From Burkholderiales bacterium (GTDB taxonomy: Bacteria; Pseudomonadota; Gammaproteobacteria; Burkholderiales; JAHFRG01), in contig DASPRI010000210.1 in assembly GCA_035624535.1 (NCBI GenBank), forward strand, positions 354-64,353: a stretch of 64,000 nucleotides of DNA, given 5' to 3'. Positions 9,805-19,571 of this stretch are shown piece by piece (the first letter of the stretch is position 1; every line of letters begins with the position of its first letter). Below the pieces are notes generated by a model. The model was given only the letters and a program-made list of their open reading frames with translations. It was not told the origin of the DNA and did not search any database. Made by a program: the position numbers and the translations under genes.

Positions 9805-11730
9805 ATGCGAAGGTTCTGGTTCGCGCTTTGCGTCGCTTTCGGGCCTATCTTGCCCGCGCATGCAGACCAAGGCGAAGATTTCCTGGCTGCACGCGAAGCG
9901 TACGTGGTCGGCAATATCCCGCGCCTCGATGAGTATGCGAAGCGCCTGCAAGGCTACGTTTTGGAGCCGTATGTGGCTTACTGGCAATTGCGCGCGCGGC
10001 TCGAGACCACTACTCCCGAAACGGTGCAGGCTTTCATGTCGCGTTACAACGATACACTGCTTGCCGACCGTTTGCGCGCAGAATGGCTCAAGGTGCTCGC
10101 CAGAAAAGAGCAATGGGATTTATTTAATGCCGAGTTTCCCCTGCTTCTCAACGAAAGCGCCGAGTTGACCTGCTATGCCTTGCAGGGACGGCAGCATAAT
10201 AACGATGATGGCGCCTTGCTGGAAGCGCGGGCGCTATGGTTCTCGGCACAAGTTCAGCCGGACAGCTGTTACCCTCTGTTTGAAGCGATGTTCAAGCACG
10301 ACGTGCTGGGACAGGAAGACGTCTGGCAACGCCTGCGGCTGGCCCTGGAAATAGGTGACTTCAGCGCAGCCAAGCGCATCATCCAGTACCTGCCACCGAA
10401 AGAGGCTCCCAATCCCCGGCTTATTAAAAGCATCGCTGAGCGGCCGGAGCGTTATCTGGCCAAACCGGATTACGACCTGAAAACGCGCGCCGGACGTGAA
10501 CTCAGACTATTTGCCCTGTATCGCTTGGCGCGCGCCGATCCGCAACTAGCGGCGGCTCGCTTGCGCGATGTGCAGGATCGGCTAAACGAACAGGAGCGGG
10601 ATTATGCTTGGGCACAGATTGCCTACAACGCTGCGCAAAAGCATGATCCCGATGCGCTTTCCTGGTATAGCGAGGTTTCCACCGGCCTGCTAAACGATCA
10701 GCAGCTCGCGTGGAAAGCGCGCGCCGCCCTATTGGTACAGAAATGGGATGCCATGCTCACCAGCATCGATGCCTTATCGCCGCTGGAACGCCGTGAGGCC
10801 AACTGGCGTTACTGGAAGGCGCGCGCGCTAAAAGCTTTGGGGAAGAATGTTGAAGCGGACGCGATTTTTCGGTCATTGAGCAGCGAGCATCATTATTACG
10901 GACAACTGGCGGGAGAGGAGCTGGGGAATGAATATCGTGCGCCGCTAATTAGCTACCGGCCGAGCGAAGCGGAAGTGTCGGCAATACAGCAGCTGCCCGG
11001 TATTCAGCGCGCGCTTGCCTTGTATCGCCTGGAACTGCGATATGAAGGAAATTTGGAATGGCAATGGACGATTCGTGATTTTGATGACAGGAAGTTGCTC
11101 GCCGCGGCAGAGGTGGCGAGGCGCAACGGGCTTTATGAACGGGCAATTTTTACCGCCAACCGGACGGTGCAACTGCATGATTTCAGCATGCGCTATCTCG
11201 CCCCCTACCGGGAGATGATGCAGGGATATGTGCACCAGTCCAATCTTGATGAGGCCTGGGTGTATGGCATCATCCGCCAGGAAAGCCGCTTTACCATTAC
11301 CGCGCGTTCCAATGCTGGCGCACTGGGATTGATGCAACTCATGCCCGCGACAGCTCGCTGGGTCGCGGCGCGCATGGGTGAGAAAGGCTTCCGACGCTCA
11401 CGAGTGAATGACTTGGACACCAACATCAATCTGGGCACGTATTACTTGAAACACATGCTGGATCTCAGCGGAGGCCAGCTGGTGCTCGCCACAGCAGCCT
11501 ACAACGCCGGACCGACGCGCGCCCGCCAATGGAGCATGGATCAACCGATGGAAGGTGCGGTATACGTGGAAAGCATTCCTCTCAACGAAACGCGCGATTA
11601 CGTGAAAAACGTTTTGAGCAGCACCTTGTATTACGCCAGCACCTTTGGCAGAGAAGTTCCGTCGCTCAAAGCGATGCTTGGCACGATACCGCCGCGCTGG
11701 CAAAACCAAGCACTGCAGGACGGAAGGTAG
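9805..11730 (+). CDS. slt: soluble lytic murein transglycosylase
   Basis: Signal peptide, a long alpha-superhelical N-domain, and a C-terminal SLT catalytic domain (IIRQESRF...GLMQLMPATA...AYNAGP). Confidence 0.9.
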   Translation: MRRFWFALCVAFGPILPAHADQGEDFLAAREAYVVGNIPRLDEYAKRLQGYVLEPYVAYWQLRARLETTTPETVQAFMSRYNDTLLADRLRAEWLKVLARKEQWDLFNAEFPLLLNESAELTCYALQGRQHNNDDGALLEARALWFSAQVQPDSCYPLFEAMFKHDVLGQEDVWQRLRLALEIGDFSAAKRIIQYLPPKEAPNPRLIKSIAERPERYLAKPDYDLKTRAGRELRLFALYRLARADPQLAAARLRDVQDRLNEQERDYAWAQIAYNAAQKHDPDALSWYSEVSTGLLNDQQLAWKARAALLVQKWDAMLTSIDALSPLERREANWRYWKARALKALGKNVEADAIFRSLSSEHHYYGQLAGEELGNEYRAPLISYRPSEAEVSAIQQLPGIQRALALYRLELRYEGNLEWQWTIRDFDDRKLLAAAEVARRNGLYERAIFTANRTVQLHDFSMRYLAPYREMMQGYVHQSNLDEAWVYGIIRQESRFTITARSNAGALGLMQLMPATARWVAARMGEKGFRRSRVNDLDTNINLGTYYLKHMLDLSGGQLVLATAAYNAGPTRARQWSMDQPMEGAVYVESIPLNETRDYVKNVLSSTLYYASTFGREVPSLKAMLGTIPPRWQNQALQDGR

Positions 11731-11769
11731 TTAGCAGCGTTTCTGGCGGAGTTGGTTGGTATTACACCC

Positions 11770-12717
11770 ATGCAGATCAATAATGTTTGTGTCATAGGAG
11801 GCAGCGGGTTTGTGGGGAGGCATGTCGTGCACTTGCTCGCGGCGCACGGATACCGCGTACGGGTGCCGACTCGCAACCGCGAGCGGGCCAAAGAACTCAT
11901 AGTTCTGCCGACGGTGGACGTCGTTCAAGCCGAACGGTATGACGATGATGAGCTCAAGCGCGTGCTCACCGGTATGGACGCGGCGATCAACTTGGTGGGC
12001 ATTTTGAATGAGCAGCGTCGCGGAGATTTCAAACGGGTACATGTCGAACTTCCGTTGAGAATTGCCAAAGCCTGTGCCAGCCTCGGAGTGAAGCGCATGG
12101 TGCACATGAGCGCGCTCAAAGCGGATCCCAATGGCCCAAGCAATTACCTGCGCACCAAAGGCGAAGCGGAAGCGGCCCTCAAACAGATAGCTCATGGCCC
12201 GGCGCTGACTGTGTTCCGCGCCTCGGTGATATTCGGCCGCGAGGATAAATTTCTCAACTTGTTTGCCAAACTTTTGAAATACCTTCCAGTGATATTTCTC
12301 GCCAGCCCGCAAGCCCGCTTCCAGCCGATTTTCGTGGAAGACGTCGCGCGTGCCATTGTGCTCAGTCTCGACAAGCTGGAGACTTTCGGCAAAAGTTACG
12401 AATTGTGCGGGCCGAAGCCGTATACGCTGCGCGAACTGGTGCAATATGTGGGACAGCTTACAGGGCACGCACGCCGTATCATCGGTCTTAGCGCCAGGTT
12501 GTCCTACCTGCAGGCATGGGCGATGGAGTTCCTGCCCGTCAAGCTGATGACGCGCGACAACTATTATTCAATGACGATCGACAACGTGTGCGAGTGCGGC
12601 TTTCCCGAAGTTTTTGGATTTAAACCTGCGGCGCTGGAAGCTGCGGCACCCTCGTACCTGACCGGCGGCACGCCGCGCGACCGCTATCGGCTGTTCCGTT
12701 TCAAGGCGCGCCGCTAA
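11770..12717 (+). CDS. NAD(P)H-binding epimerase/dehydratase family protein, complex I NDUFA9-like
   Basis: VIGGSGFVGRHVV Rossmann motif and overall NDUFA9/NmrA-like pattern. An alternative start lies at 11752. Confidence 0.75.
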   Translation: MQINNVCVIGGSGFVGRHVVHLLAAHGYRVRVPTRNRERAKELIVLPTVDVVQAERYDDDELKRVLTGMDAAINLVGILNEQRRGDFKRVHVELPLRIAKACASLGVKRMVHMSALKADPNGPSNYLRTKGEAEAALKQIAHGPALTVFRASVIFGREDKFLNLFAKLLKYLPVIFLASPQARFQPIFVEDVARAIVLSLDKLETFGKSYELCGPKPYTLRELVQYVGQLTGHARRIIGLSARLSYLQAWAMEFLPVKLMTRDNYYSMTIDNVCECGFPEVFGFKPAALEAAAPSYLTGGTPRDRYRLFRFKARR

Positions 12718-12747
12718 GGCATGAACCGGCTTGACTCGCGTGCGCCA

Positions 12748-13965
12748 ATGAAAATCTATGAAGTCGGCGGCGCGGTGCGCGACGAACTTCTGGGCCTTAA
12801 GGTGACCGATCGCGATTACGTCGTGGTAGGTGCGACGCCGCAGGAGATGCTGCGCTTGGGCTTCAAACCGGTAGGCAAGGATTTCCCGGTATTTCTCCAC
12901 CCCAAGAGTCATGAGGAATACGCACTGGCTCGAACCGAGCGCAAGACCGCGCGCGGCTATAAAGGTTTCAAAATTCACGCTGCACCCGATGTCACTTTGG
13001 AGGACGATTTGGCGCGGCGCGATCTCACCATCAATGCCATCGCCAAAGACGAAAGTGGAAAAATCATAGATCCGTACGGGGGCGTGAAAGACCTCAGGGC
13101 CGGCATTCTACGTCATGTCAGCCCGGCTTTTGCCGAAGATCCGGTGCGAATTTTGCGGGTGGCACGCTTTGCGGCGCGCTTTGGATTTGACGTCGCCGAC
13201 GAGACGCTGGAACTGATGCATCAAATGGCGCAAAACGGCGAAGTGGACGCACTGGTTGCGGAACGGGTATGGCAGGAGTTGGCAAAAGGGCTGATGGAGA
13301 TCAAACCCTCGCGCATGTTTGAAGTCCTGCGGCGCAGCGGCTCGCTCAATAAAATTTTACCGGAGCTCGACGCCTTGTTCGGCGTGCCGCAGCCTCCAGA
13401 ATATCATCCGGAGATTGACACCGGCGTGCATATCATGCTGGTCATTGACTATGCCGCGTCAAAGAATTTTTCCCTGCCGGTGCGTTTTGCCGCGCTCGTT
13501 CATGATGTCGGCAAGGGTGCGACGCCGCGCATCAAGTGGCCTCATCACCCCGGCCATGAGGCGAGCAGCGTGGAGCTCGTGAAAGCTCTCTGCAAGCGCA
13601 TCAAGGTCCCAGCCGACTGCCGTGACCTGGCGCTTCTCGCCGCCAGATATCATGGCGAAGCGCAGCGCGCGCGGGAACTCAGGCCCGCAACCCTGGTCCG
13701 TTTGCTTCAGGCGCTGGACGCTTTCCGCAAGCCAAAGCGTTTTGTTGAATTTCTTGAAACATGCGGCAGCGATTTTCACGGACGTCCGGGATTTGAGAAC
13801 CAGCCTTTTCCTCAGGCCGAAATCCTGCAAAACGCTCTGCGAGCCGCGCAGAGCGTGAATGCGGGCGCAATAGCCAGGCAGCTCCACAAACCTGCGCAGA
13901 TCGCCGCCAAAGTGCGCGCGGCGCGAATTGCGGCAGTTAAAAGGCACCTCCAGAGTGCCGCGTAA
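12748..13965 (+). CDS. cca: multifunctional CCA-adding tRNA nucleotidyltransferase with HD domain
   Basis: MKIYEVGGAVRDELLG, RDLTINA, and an HD domain (HPEIDTGVH...LVHDVGK). Confidence 0.93.
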   Translation: MKIYEVGGAVRDELLGLKVTDRDYVVVGATPQEMLRLGFKPVGKDFPVFLHPKSHEEYALARTERKTARGYKGFKIHAAPDVTLEDDLARRDLTINAIAKDESGKIIDPYGGVKDLRAGILRHVSPAFAEDPVRILRVARFAARFGFDVADETLELMHQMAQNGEVDALVAERVWQELAKGLMEIKPSRMFEVLRRSGSLNKILPELDALFGVPQPPEYHPEIDTGVHIMLVIDYAASKNFSLPVRFAALVHDVGKGATPRIKWPHHPGHEASSVELVKALCKRIKVPADCRDLALLAARYHGEAQRARELRPATLVRLLQALDAFRKPKRFVEFLETCGSDFHGRPGFENQPFPQAEILQNALRAAQSVNAGAIARQLHKPAQIAAKVRAARIAAVKRHLQSAA

Positions 13966-14021
13966 ATCACCATCGGATTTGAGGAGGCGATCAAATTTTT
14001 TTAAATTCCAAGGAGAACACC

Positions 14022-14498
14022 ATGCTGAAATCCACGTTGTTTGTTTTGCTGTTGCTGGCTTCCACATATGCACTCGCCGATTCCACGAGTCCTTCCGGCG
14101 AAAAGCACTACCGCCTGGAGGATCAGTTTAAGAAAGCCGACAAGGACCACGACGGTACGCTCACCAAAGATGAAGCCAAAGCGCTGCCATTTGTGTACAA
14201 AAACTTCGATGCCATGGATACCGACAAAGACGGCAGCGTTTCCATGGATGAGATTCGGGCCTACCAAAAAACCCATAAAAAAACCACCCATGAGCGAGGC
14301 AAAGAACAATTCATGAAAGCCGACAAGGACCACGACGGCACGCTAACCAAGGAGGAAGCCAAAGCCATGCCGCATGTGTATCAAAACTTCGATGCCATAG
14401 ACGTCGACAAGGATGGAACCGTCTCGCTCGAGGAAATCCACAATTACATGAAGGCCAAGCGCGAAAAAAAGCAGTCGACGAGTCCCCAGCCCAATTGA
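14022..14498 (+). CDS. secreted EF-hand calcium-binding protein (4 EF-hand loops)
   Basis: Signal peptide MLKSTLFVLLLLASTYALA and four canonical DxDxDG loops (DKDHDGTLTKDE, DTDKDGSVSMDE, DKDHDGTLTKEE, DVDKDGTVSLEE). A good SD (AAGGAGAA) precedes the ATG. Confidence 0.85.
   Translation: MLKSTLFVLLLLASTYALADSTSPSGEKHYRLEDQFKKADKDHDGTLTKDEAKALPFVYKNFDAMDTDKDGSVSMDEIRAYQKTHKKTTHERGKEQFMKADKDHDGTLTKEEAKAMPHVYQNFDAIDVDKDGTVSLEEIHNYMKAKREKKQSTSPQPN
14121..14486 (+). repeat. tandem 183-bp (61-codon) duplication inside the EF-hand gene
   Basis: The unit starting gatcagtttaagaaagccgacaaggaccacgacgg (14121) recurs as gaacaattcatgaaagccgacaaggaccacgacgg (14304). Roughly 80% nucleotide identity by eye across the unit. 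Confidence 0.85.
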
Positions 14499-14583
14499 CG
14501 AAACGAGCATAGTAGCGCCGGGGGCGTCACGCTCCGGCGTTGCAATTTCTGAAACAGGAATCCAGCCCAGCGCAGGATCACGA

Positions 14584-15207
14584 ATGATTGATCTCTACAC
14601 CTGGTCCACCCCCAACGGCCGCAAGATTTCCATCATGTTGGAAGAAACCGGACTCCCCTACCGTGTGCACGCCATCGATCTGAGCAAGGGAGAACAATTC
14701 AGGCCGGAGTACGTCGCAATCTCGCCGTATGGCAAAATACCCGCAATCGTTGACGACGAAGGACCCAACGGCGCGCCATTCAAGGTGTTCGAGTCCGGGG
14801 CCATTCTGATCTACCTTGCGGAAAAAACCGGCAAGTTCCTGCCCGACACCGCGCCGGCTCGTTACGAAATGTTGCAGTGGCTTATGTTCCAGATGGGCAA
14901 TGTCGGCCCAATTTTCGGTCAAGCGCACCATTTTCTGCGTTTCGCGCCGCAACCGGTGCCTTATGCCATCGAGCGGTTTAGCGCGGAAACGGTTCGCCTA
15001 TACGAAGTGCTGCAGCGTCATCTTGCCCAGCACGAATATCTTGCAGGCCAATACTCGGTTGCGGACATTGCGACTTTTCCTTGGGTGGCGCGCTTTGAAT
15101 GGCACAAAATCAGTCTCGAAAATTATCCGAGTGTAAGACGCTGGTTTGATATCGTTGGGGCGCGACCTGCGGTGCGGCGGGGCATGGCGGTGCCAAAGAT
15201 ATCCTGA
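14584..15207 (+). CDS. yfcG: glutathione S-transferase family disulfide-bond reductase (YfcG-like)
   Basis: N-terminus MIDLYTWSTPNGRKISIMLEE...DLSKGEQFRPEY..ISPYGKIPAIVD is closely similar to E. coli YfcG. Confidence 0.8.
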   Translation: MIDLYTWSTPNGRKISIMLEETGLPYRVHAIDLSKGEQFRPEYVAISPYGKIPAIVDDEGPNGAPFKVFESGAILIYLAEKTGKFLPDTAPARYEMLQWLMFQMGNVGPIFGQAHHFLRFAPQPVPYAIERFSAETVRLYEVLQRHLAQHEYLAGQYSVADIATFPWVARFEWHKISLENYPSVRRWFDIVGARPAVRRGMAVPKIS

Positions 15208-15261
15208 TAAGAGCAGAAGCATTTTGCCGGCATCGAAATCAGCAGCGAGCTGAAAGGACCG

Positions 15262-15930
15262 TCAGTTTGCCCTGCTGTGGCGTTCCAGGAAATCAAGAAT
15301 ATCCTCGACCTTGAGTTCATGCGGATTTCGGGTGTTGCTCTTGATGACCCCGACCCACGCCATGTTTTTTTGCATTCGCTCCACCACCTGTGGCCACTCC
15401 TTCGCAGTATGCCTCTGGGGATCAGGCAGTTCATGACATTGGACGCAGGCTTCACCGAAGGTCTGACCGGAGACCGTGGACTTGAGGTCCGGATACTGCG
15501 CCGGGTCAATCGCTTTCTGCCCGTGTTTACCTAAGTACGCGAGCAGGGAATCGAGTTCCTGCTGCTGCGGCGCCTGTAAGCCTTCCATCAATTCTTTCAT
15601 CAGCTTGCCCAGATTGCCTTCGCCCCGCATTCGCCGGTCCATGCGCTCCACTACAATCCGCCACCTTTCAGCTGTGTGCATATAGGGGCTCGGCAAGTTA
15701 TGGCATTGCACGCAGTAGCGGTTTAGCGCCTGTGCGCCGGCAGAATCCGGCTCGGGCAAATCCTTCGGATCCGGCCCGGGCGGAAGGACCCTGCGCAGCA
15801 TCAAGCCATACGGGCCTTGCGACCACTTGGTGGCTGCAACACTGCTGTCTCTTGATTGCTCGATGGCGGTTGCTTGGCTAACCGCAAGCAGCAGCACGGC
15901 GAAAAATAAATAGCAAAGGCGCAGGTTCAT
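15262..15930 (-). CDS. secreted di-haem c-type cytochrome (internally duplicated)
   Basis: Signal peptide and two CxxCH motifs in repeated modules: CVQCHNLPSPYMHTAERWRIVVERM and CVQCHELPDPQRHTAKEWPQVVERM. Confidence 0.7.
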   Translation of the reverse strand: MNLRLCYLFFAVLLLAVSQATAIEQSRDSSVAATKWSQGPYGLMLRRVLPPGPDPKDLPEPDSAGAQALNRYCVQCHNLPSPYMHTAERWRIVVERMDRRMRGEGNLGKLMKELMEGLQAPQQQELDSLLAYLGKHGQKAIDPAQYPDLKSTVSGQTFGEACVQCHELPDPQRHTAKEWPQVVERMQKNMAWVGVIKSNTRNPHELKVEDILDFLERHSRAN

Positions 15931-16024
15931 TGTGCATGCATTCCCGGTATGACCGGCGCGAGTCCTTGTGATTATATTGTGCTAATCTGAGATGACACCA
16001 GTTTTCCTCAGGGGGAGGAGATCC

Positions 16025-17419
16025 ATGCCGTCAATCAAGCCGTACGACGCCATCATTATCGGCACTGGACAATCCGGCAAGCCTCTTGCAATAACACTCG
16101 CTAATGCCGGCTGGAAGACCGCAGTGATCGAACGCGAACATGTGGGCGGCACCTGCGTGAATGTTGGCTGCACTCCGACCAAGACCATGGTAGCGAGTGC
16201 TCGCATCGCCTATCTGGCCCGACAGGCCGCGAGGTACGGAGTTAACTTGGGGGAAGTGAGCGTGGACATGGCCAAGGTTTACGCCCGCAAGCAAGGCATA
16301 GTGGAAAGTTTCCGCAAGGGCGGACAGGACAGGCTGCAGGGCACGCCCAGTCTCGAACTCATTTTCGGTGTGGCGCAGTTCAAGAATCCCCATACCGTAG
16401 AGGTGCGATTAAACGCCGGCGGAACCAGGGAAATGACCGCGGATAAAATCGTCATCAATACCGGCGGTAGTCCAGCTTTGCCGCCGCTGCCCGGATTGCG
16501 CGAAGCTCAGCCGCTAAATTCATCCAGCATCATGGAGCTCCAAGTATTGCCCGAGCATCTGCTGGTGCTGGGTGGAAGCTATATCGGGTTAGAGTTCGCG
16601 CAGATGTTTCGCCGCTTCGGCAGCCGCGTCAGCATTATTCATCGTGAGGACCGTCTGATCAACCGCGAAGACCCGGATATATCGGAGGAAGTCCAAAAGA
16701 TCCTGCGCGAGGACGGCATCGAGATTTTGCTTAGTGCGCAAGTCCTAGGTATTGCCCGGCAGCCGAATGGGTTGGTCGAAGTCACTGTCAAGACGCCTGT
16801 CGGTGAACAAAGAATCACAGGTTCGCACTTACTTGCGGCGCTGGGCCGTGTGCCCCGAACGGCAGATTTGAATCTTGCGGCGGCGGGTGTCGAGATCGAC
16901 AAGCTGGGTTTTATCAGGGTCAACAACAAGCTGGAAACCAATGTTCCGGGCATTTATGCCATCGGGGACGTGAAAGGCGGCCCCGCGTTCACGCATATTT
17001 CCTACGATGACTTCCGCATTTTGCGAGCGAACTGGCTGGAAAACGGAAATGCCACAGTAGACGGGCGACTCGTGCCGAACACCATGTTCATCGATCCGCA
17101 ACTGGCAAGCGTGGGGCTTAACGAAACCCAAGCGCGGGTGCAGAAGCGCAAATATCGTGTAGCCAAGCTGCCGATGACGTACGTCGCGCGGGCGATAGAA
17201 ATGGGAGAAACGCGCGGCTTCATGAAAGCTATAGTTGACGCTGATACTGGGCGAATTCTCGGCTGCACTGTATTGGGCGTCGAGGGTGGGGAGATCATGG
17301 CAGTGCTAGAGATGGCAATGATCGGTGGCGTGCACTATGCGAAAATCAAAGAAGGAATCTTTGCCCACCCCACTCTCGCAGAGTCGCTCAACAATTTATT
17401 CCTGGCAATGGACGGGTGA
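16025..17419 (+). CDS. class I FAD-dependent pyridine nucleotide-disulfide oxidoreductase (dihydrolipoamide dehydrogenase / mercuric-reductase-like)
   Basis: GTGQSG FAD motif, redox-active [13 protein letters not shown], an [11 protein letters not shown] motif and a C-terminal dimerisation domain. A GGAGG SD precedes ATG 16025. Confidence 0.85.
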   Translation: MPSIKPYDAIIIGTGQSGKPLAITLANAGWKTAVIEREHVGGTCVNVGCTPTKTMVASARIAYLARQAARYGVNLGEVSVDMAKVYARKQGIVESFRKGGQDRLQGTPSLELIFGVAQFKNPHTVEVRLNAGGTREMTADKIVINTGGSPALPPLPGLREAQPLNSSSIMELQVLPEHLLVLGGSYIGLEFAQMFRRFGSRVSIIHREDRLINREDPDISEEVQKILREDGIEILLSAQVLGIARQPNGLVEVTVKTPVGEQRITGSHLLAALGRVPRTADLNLAAAGVEIDKLGFIRVNNKLETNVPGIYAIGDVKGGPAFTHISYDDFRILRANWLENGNATVDGRLVPNTMFIDPQLASVGLNETQARVQKRKYRVAKLPMTYVARAIEMGETRGFMKAIVDADTGRILGCTVLGVEGGEIMAVLEMAMIGGVHYAKIKEGIFAHPTLAESLNNLFLAMDG

Positions 17420-17451
17420 TGCTTGCCCAGCAAAGCTGGCGAGCTATTGGC

Positions 17452-18594
17452 TTACAATAAGCGGCTTTTGTCGCCATTCGTAAACCCGATCAATTGCTCG
17501 GACACGCCGCGGCCCAGCGCCAGCACTTTGAATAGCTCACCCATTTCCGCAGGACTCAGCAGCTTATGTGCCGCCGAAGCTAAAGGAAGGCATGCGGCGC
17601 TGTCCGGCGCAGTTTTGCTCAAGATTTCTGTGATGCCGCAGTTCACCAAGAATTGCGCCTGAGTCGTGTACCCGAGCAAGCGCAGGGCATCGATGCTCTC
17701 CAAAAGCGCGCTGAAATTGACGTGGGAAGTAATATCTTGTAGCCCCGGAAGGTAAAATGGATCGTCGTGCGCGTGGTGCCGGTAATGGCACATCAATGTG
17801 CCGCGGTTGCGTTGCGAGTGATAGTACTCAGAAGCCCCGAATCCGTAATCCAGTACCAAAATCACGCCCCGATCCAGCAGCGCCGCGAGACTGCGCGTCA
17901 GGGCAGCCGCGGCAAGATGAATTTCGCTAAGGTAATCGACCGGCACATTTAGGCTTGATGCCGCGTCGAACAATTCTCCTGTTTCAAGCAAGCGCTCTTT
18001 CCAGCGGAATTTCCGGTCCGCAATTGCGACCCCGCACTCGAATAGGCCTTGCCCGCGCCAGGCTACGATATGCACAGGAAGTGCGTCGAAGACTTCATTT
18101 GCCAGCATAATTCCCGCAAAACGCTGCGGTAGCTTGTCGATCCATTTCACGCGTTGCGCAAGCGTTTTGGGAAGCACTCCGATTGAATTTCGCTGGCGGC
18201 TCTGCAGTTCGCCGCTGACTTCGAGAATAAAATATTGCTCGGGGGCCATGTTCTGTACATCCAGCTCGCGCAACAAATCACAAGCGAGCTTCCCGGTCCC
18301 CGCTCCCAGCTCGAGAATGTCCCCTTCAGTGATCGACAGCACTTGCGAAACTTGTCTCGCAAGGCACTGGGCGAACAGCGGGGAAATTTCAGGAGCAGTG
18401 ACAAAGTCGCCAGCAGCACCGAATTTTTCCGTGCTTGCGCTGTAATAGCCGAGCCCCGGGGCGTATAGCGCCAGCTCCATAAAATGGGCAAAGGAAATCC
18501 AGCCGCCGTGCGCGGTAATCTCCTCTCGAATCTTCGTGGTGAGCCTTTCGCTGCGCAGCAATGCTTGCTGGCTGGGCTGTGGCAATTGCGGCAT
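17452..18594 (-). CDS. class I SAM-dependent methyltransferase, NDUFAF7/MidA (DUF185) family
   Basis: FMELALYAPGLGYYS...FGAAGDFVTAPEISPLFA...ILELGAGTG is the pattern typical of COG1565. Confidence 0.8.
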   Translation of the reverse strand: MPQLPQPSQQALLRSERLTTKIREEITAHGGWISFAHFMELALYAPGLGYYSASTEKFGAAGDFVTAPEISPLFAQCLARQVSQVLSITEGDILELGAGTGKLACDLLRELDVQNMAPEQYFILEVSGELQSRQRNSIGVLPKTLAQRVKWIDKLPQRFAGIMLANEVFDALPVHIVAWRGQGLFECGVAIADRKFRWKERLLETGELFDAASSLNVPVDYLSEIHLAAAALTRSLAALLDRGVILVLDYGFGASEYYHSQRNRGTLMCHYRHHAHDDPFYLPGLQDITSHVNFSALLESIDALRLLGYTTQAQFLVNCGITEILSKTAPDSAACLPLASAAHKLLSPAEMGELFKVLALGRGVSEQLIGFTNGDKSRLL

Positions 18595-18694
18595 CGCTTG
18601 AGCTTGAACTGGAAAGATTGCGGGACGCTAATAGTCAGGAAATTGCTGTAGAATTCGGGCTTTCAGCACCATCAGAATATAGCGGAGAAAAGGG

Positions 18695-19435
18695 GTGCAA
18701 GGCAAAGTTGTCTTGATCACCGGGGGAGCGCGGCGAGTGGGCGCGGCCATATGCCGGTACCTGCATGAGCACGGGGCCAGCATCATGGTGCATTATCGCG
18801 CCTCGACCAAGGAAGCCCGGGCCTTGCAGGCGGAACTCAATCTCAAGCGCGCCGATTCAGTGGCGCTGATACAGGCAGATCTTCTGAATCTGGCGACACT
18901 GCCAAATCTAGTAAGCGACACCGTGAAGCGATTTGGCAAACTGGATGTGGTTATCAACAATGCCTCCAGTTTTTTCCCCACCGTGGTGGGCGAGATCAAC
19001 AACAAAGCGTGGGACGATCTCATCGGCACCAACCTTAAAGCGCCGTTGTTCCTTCTGCAAGCGGCGGCAACGCAACTTAAGAAAAATCACGGCTGCATCG
19101 TCAACATTGTGGACATCCATGCAGAGCGACCGATGAAAAATTACGTGGTGTACAGCACCGCGAAAGCCGGTTTAGTGAACCTGACGCGTTCGCTGGCGCG
19201 AGAGCTTGCGCCCGAAGTAAGGGTGAACGGAGTGGCGCCGGGGGCGATTATCTGGCCGGAAGATGAAGCTTGGTCCGACGAATTATCGCGTCAGCGCATC
19301 ATTAATTCCACGCTTTTGAAGCGGGTTGGCGAGCCTCAGGACATTGCCAAGGCAGTCTATTTCCTGATTGCTGACGCGCCTTACATTACCGGACAAATCA
19401 TCGCTGTCGATGGAGGCAGGAGTATCAACATATGA
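18695..19435 (+). CDS. pteridine reductase-like short-chain dehydrogenase
   Basis: ITGGARRVG cofactor motif, YSTAK catalytic motif, and PTR1/FolM-like overall pattern. GTG start. Confidence 0.75.
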   Translation: MQGKVVLITGGARRVGAAICRYLHEHGASIMVHYRASTKEARALQAELNLKRADSVALIQADLLNLATLPNLVSDTVKRFGKLDVVINNASSFFPTVVGEINNKAWDDLIGTNLKAPLFLLQAAATQLKKNHGCIVNIVDIHAERPMKNYVVYSTAKAGLVNLTRSLARELAPEVRVNGVAPGAIIWPEDEAWSDELSRQRIINSTLLKRVGEPQDIAKAVYFLIADAPYITGQIIAVDGGRSINI

Positions 19436-19571
19436 GCGAAACGGTGCATTTCGCCTGTATACTTCTTTGCTGCTCGCTTTCGCTGCGCAACTTCGCCGCG
19501 CCTCGTCGAAAGCCAAACTTCTTGTTTCACTCGCGACCGAAGATCCTCAATTGTGAATTTACAGAATTAGC

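Noticed and set aside
13459-14073. 204-aa minus-strand ORF overlapping the cca 3' half and the EF-hand gene start
   Set aside because: It is antisense to two well-supported genes, and its composition is not protein-like.
16025-17419. Mercuric reductase MerA
   Set aside because: It has the CxxxxC flavoprotein core but no N-terminal NmerA/HMA domain, no C-terminal Cys-Cys pair, and no mer genes nearby. I kept it as a generic disulfide oxidoreductase.
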